This document shows positions 60,385 through 64,000 of a stretch of 64,000 nucleotides of DNA, piece after piece; positions within the stretch are counted from its first letter, which is position 1; each line of letters begins with the position of its first letter. This stretch comes from Candidatus Asgardarchaeum abyssi (GTDB taxonomy: Archaea > Asgardarchaeota > Asgardarchaeia > Asgardarchaeales > Asgardarchaeaceae), in assembly GCA_040225955.1 (NCBI GenBank), contig JBECUL010000002.1, forward strand, positions 1 through 64,000. The letters run 5' to 3'. Both the position numbers and the translations under genes were made by a program. The notes beneath the pieces are model-generated. The model saw nothing but the letters and a program-made list of their open reading frames with translations. It ran no database searches and had not been told where the DNA came from.

Positions 60385-63231
60385 TTATAATGCTCGAAAT
60401 ACTTCAGCTATCGAAGTTCTATAGAGCTTTTTTACAGATGTTACCACGGTTATAAGAACAATTAACCCGAACAAAGAAATAACCAAGAAAATATAATCCA
60501 ACGGTATTTCATTTAAAAATAGATAGAAATCAAGCGCTGACGGCATTCTGCCATAATTGTTTTCAATGTATATTATAAACATAAAGAGTATGAGTCCAAA
60601 ACTTCCCATAGTACCGACTATCATAGCGAGAAGGAATACAAAGAGGTTTTCGTAAAGTAAAGATAGTAAAATATCTTTTAAAGATGCCCCTAAGGTTTTC
60701 AAAATTGCTATTTCTCTTTTCTTCTCGTCTATTGAGAAGTAAAAAATAAAGACAAAAACGGAGGCAATGAGCATATATGGTACCAGAAGGATTTCTTTTA
60801 GAAATATTTGATATTCCCTCTCACTTTTTATTCTTTTCAAAACTTCATCTATGTCTCCCACACTAATGGATAGATATTTATAATTCTCCTTTATGTATCT
60901 CACAACGCTTATTAAATTCCCTTTCGAAGCCTTTATATAAAAGGTATGTGATACAAACGTTATATCTAGTGTTACATTTGCTAAATGTTTAATAATATAA
61001 TCTTTAGGAAGTATTATAAAATAATCATTCGTAAAAACTCGTTCTAAAAATGGAACGTAATTCTCAGCTATAGCTACTACTATAAAATTATCGTAGATTG
61101 TAAATTTTTTTGGGCCTCCAGTCGTAATCTCCAGTGAAATCAAACTTCCTACTTTAGCATTCACTTTGCTGGCTAGTTTTGAGGATATTATGGCCATAGC
61201 AATTCCCTTGCTGCTCCTATTAAACATACTGATAACTTTCTCAAAACTCATATTTACTTGTGCTATCCGGAACCAGGTGGCTAAATCTGTATTATTCAGC
61301 TCTATATTTGTTTTTATATACATCTCTGATACTTCAATATCGTCAGTGGATGTTATTATTGTATCATTACATTTACAGTTTTTAACATAGAACTCTCTAA
61401 AACCAACAACATACTCAACACCTGGTATTTCTGCAAATTCATCAACCAGATCTAATGATGATACTGTTGTTGTTTCACTTACAACAATTGGTATTTTTCC
61501 TTCATTCAGCTCATGCAATTCCTTTCTGTAGCCTATTACCCAAAAATTAGAAAAAGCCATTGGAATCAGAGTGTAGTGGAAAACGAAAACTAATAATATA
61601 AATAATATAAGCGTACGTGCGTAATATGCTTTAAGATGTTTTGTCGAAATATATGCAGATCTTGAGAATTTAGTTACAACTTTATTTATATAGCTAGGAA
61701 TCTTGGAGAAAAGTGTAATTCCAAACAAGATAGGCCATGTAAACCAAAGAATAACATCTATCTGTAAAATATCAATATTCAGAGGTTCAAACAAAATTGC
61801 ATATGCGGATAACGTGATGCATAATATAAAAACTAAAAGACTTATCACATGATACCATCTACTAATAGAAATTCTTTTAATCTTCGACGCTTTAAACTGA
61901 TAGAGCCCAGTAGCTATACTTTCTCTCATTGTAAATATGAATGGAGTGAGTGTCGCAATTTGGGAAGAAATAAGTAGAATTGCGTAACTTGAAAGTAGCA
62001 TTTCTAAATTCCACGGCATCTCAGAAGATGTTGCTAGTAACTTATTTCCTGTTATCTCCTTTAATATTTTTGTGATGACTTGTGAGATTATCGGTGAGAG
62101 CATCACGCCTATTATGAATGAGATTGTTAGAATAAATGTTGTAGTAAGCACTAAAGCTAATGAAATTGAAAATGGTGATAATCCTAATGCTCTAATAATT
62201 GCTATTTCCCTTCTTCTTTCATTTAATGACGATAAAAATGCGACGAACGTTATACAAAATGCTATTGTTATAGAAAAATATGAAATCGCATCTATGATGA
62301 GTCGAACGTTTTTAATAATGTCCTCATTAACTGAATTTATTAATTTAATTTTTGGCATGCTTGAAATAAGAATAAGCTTTGCATCAGGAACATAGGGATA
62401 TACTGTTGCACCGTCTTTTTCTATGCCAAGAATTATTTTTTTCTCTGCTAATCTATCTTGAAGGAAAGTAAGGAAGCTCATAAGTTCTTCTTCATACTGA
62501 TTAACATCTTTAATTAAAGGGTCTCTATATCTAATCGCTATTATTCTCTCAATTATTTTAGAAGTTGTGTAATTAAGCATGATGTTAAATGTATTGATAG
62601 AGGTAAAAATTGGTAACTCAAAAAGAACATTAGCTAGTATGTCACTAAAGAGAGTCGTGACATTATATATCGCGGCAACGGTAAATGTATATCCTTCATA
62701 AGAAATAATTTTATCACCAATTGTCAAATTAAGAAAATCTGCTAAATATTTAGGAATAATTATCGTAAAATTATTATAATGATTATCAAAAGTGAAGTTA
62801 CTAAGGCATGCAATTATATTATTTTTTAAGAACTCTACAACCCAGTCACTACTCATATTAATCCCTACAATATAGTTAAATGCTTCGCGTGGGCTTACTA
62901 TGGCGAATCCTTCTTTTAGCCGGAAGGCAATATCTATTTTAACATTGGGTCTATATTCTAAGTACTCATCTGTGATAATACTACTAATCATATTCACAAT
63001 ACTCAATGTAAAATTTTCATTAGAACTTCTAATTCTAACATCTGGAATTAAATTAAGTGATTCCAAAAAAATCACATTTCTTAAATTATAAATTGAGTAC
63101 TCACTGGCATATATGGATGCTGATGCAGTAATTAAAATAAGAATCATAGGAATTATCTTTTTCCGATCTCTTAATAATATCTTTAAAAAATGAAGCAACA
63201 ATTTTATATTCATGAGCATTGAGCCTCCCAA
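60385..63231 (-). CDS. FtsX/MacB-like ABC permease (tandem FtsX domains)
   Basis: ERRREIAIIRALG and EKKREIAILKTLGAS motifs, multiple TM helices. Confidence 0.85.
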   Translation of the reverse strand: MGGSMLMNIKLLLHFLKILLRDRKKIIPMILILITASASIYASEYSIYNLRNVIFLESLNLIPDVRIRSSNENFTLSIVNMISSIITDEYLEYRPNVKIDIAFRLKEGFAIVSPREAFNYIVGINMSSDWVVEFLKNNIIACLSNFTFDNHYNNFTIIIPKYLADFLNLTIGDKIISYEGYTFTVAAIYNVTTLFSDILANVLFELPIFTSINTFNIMLNYTTSKIIERIIAIRYRDPLIKDVNQYEEELMSFLTFLQDRLAEKKIILGIEKDGATVYPYVPDAKLILISSMPKIKLINSVNEDIIKNVRLIIDAISYFSITIAFCITFVAFLSSLNERRREIAIIRALGLSPFSISLALVLTTTFILTISFIIGVMLSPIISQVITKILKEITGNKLLATSSEMPWNLEMLLSSYAILLISSQIATLTPFIFTMRESIATGLYQFKASKIKRISISRWYHVISLLVFILCITLSAYAILFEPLNIDILQIDVILWFTWPILFGITLFSKIPSYINKVVTKFSRSAYISTKHLKAYYARTLILFILLVFVFHYTLIPMAFSNFWVIGYRKELHELNEGKIPIVVSETTTVSSLDLVDEFAEIPGVEYVVGFREFYVKNCKCNDTIITSTDDIEVSEMYIKTNIELNNTDLATWFRIAQVNMSFEKVISMFNRSSKGIAMAIISSKLASKVNAKVGSLISLEITTGGPKKFTIYDNFIVVAIAENYVPFLERVFTNDYFIILPKDYIIKHLANVTLDITFVSHTFYIKASKGNLISVVRYIKENYKYLSISVGDIDEVLKRIKSEREYQIFLKEILLVPYMLIASVFVFIFYFSIDEKKREIAILKTLGASLKDILLSLLYENLFVFLLAMIVGTMGSFGLILFMFIIYIENNYGRMPSALDFYLFLNEIPLDYIFLVISLFGLIVLITVVTSVKKLYRTSIAEVFRAL

Positions 63232-63340
63232 TATTATCTAAGGTTATATTTCTTTATTAAAATATTTTGAAAAAATAAAAATAGTAATATTGAGATTATT
63301 GTTCTTTATTTTTAAGAGAGTATTACAGTTAATTCTCTTT

Positions 63341-63862
63341 TTAATAGTATGGTGGTGTTGTGCATGTTCCCTCTACTTCTATTATTGGTGAGCCGGTCCA
63401 TCCCGAAAACGTACCTTTTGCCCACATATATAATTCGTTTCCTCCATCTTCGCTTACGTCTATTTCAAAGTTTACGATTTCATAGCTTTTTGGATAATTA
63501 TGATAGTAATTACCTACAAGTTGATCATCAACATAAACCTTAAACCATCTTTTTACAGTAACGCCAAAGAATGGTTTCCACTCGGCTTCAGCTTTAGTCC
63601 ATCGATACGTACCATAAACATAGACATGATAAGCTCTAATCCATATAGAATGGCCGTTTTCAGTTTTATGATTCTCATAGAAAACATAATGATATTCCTG
63701 ATAGCTTTCAGGCACAACTATTGAATCAGGGTCAGGTATGTTAATAACGATACAGTCTGATGGAGAATTTGTGTCTCCCTTTATAGCAGCTACGTTAAGC
63801 GGCATTACCAGTATAGATAAAAATAATATCATTATAGAGACTTGCCATAAGCCCCTACTCAA
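63341..63862 (-). CDS. secreted beta-rich hypothetical protein
   Basis: GGAGGG precedes TTG 63862, followed by signal peptide LWQVSIMILFLSILVMPLNVAA. Confidence 0.65.
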   Translation of the reverse strand: MSRGLWQVSIMILFLSILVMPLNVAAIKGDTNSPSDCIVINIPDPDSIVVPESYQEYHYVFYENHKTENGHSIWIRAYHVYVYGTYRWTKAEAEWKPFFGVTVKRWFKVYVDDQLVGNYYHNYPKSYEIVNFEIDVSEDGGNELYMWAKGTFSGWTGSPIIEVEGTCTTPPYY

Positions 63863-64000
63863 TACCTTTCCCTCCAGAACATTATTTTTGACAAAAAACC
63901 ATTTATAACTTTGTTTTTCGTATATATATATTTCGGAGCATCTGGATCGTCTCAACCGTTTTCTGGTTAGAGGCAAATGTCAGTCAAATCAACAGTGAAG

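Noticed and set aside
1-64000. tRNA, rRNA, CRISPR arrays, IS elements, proviral genes, and the remaining short ORFs in the track
   Set aside because: No GC-rich structured RNA segment, repeat-spacer array, transposase, integrase or capsid motif was seen by eye; tRNAscan-SE and Infernal were not run. Most remaining short ORFs overlap longer, motif-supported genes, and the few that do not (e.g. 483-710, 50314-50496) lack any recognisable motif.

Overview
AT-rich archaeal chromosomal segment with TATA/BRE promoters, GGAGG/GGTGA ribosome-binding sites and an archaeal ATP-dependent DNA ligase. The WD40, PCI-like and Hanks-kinase proteins and the very large FtsX-type permeases suggest an Asgard/TACK-type thermophile, which is an inference. 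Layout: (i) 1-21 kb, accessory/defence region with a truncated Ser/Thr kinase, a convergent restriction-modification pair, WD40 and membrane proteins, an ABC-type ATPase, a beta-helix surface protein, an Rpn-like nuclease with 9-aa repeats and a GT4 glycosyltransferase. (ii) 18-31 kb, dense toxin-antitoxin (TA) cluster around lig, where toxins are repeatedly broken while antitoxins stay intact. (iii) 27.8-45.7 kb, metal-homeostasis block: ABC importer plus FmdE-like gene behind a NikR-type operator, feoA-feoA-feoB-orf-feoA-feoB behind DtxR-type boxes, nikR, and a heterodimeric ABC exporter. (iv) 46.8-63.9 kb, containing the two most striking items. One is a single-pass receptor-like Ser/Thr kinase (8-blade Ca-binding propeller, DxDxDG stalk, transmembrane helix, winged-helix/PCI-like linker, kinase). 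The other is an uncharacterised operon: wHTH/Zn-ribbon protein, CorA-like 2-TM protein, GNAT-helical-CorA-like fusion and HAD phosphatase, flanked by two ATPase-less FtsX-type permeases. No rRNA, tRNA, CRISPR array or intact transposase/integrase was recognised. All family assignments come from reading motifs by eye; no database search was run.
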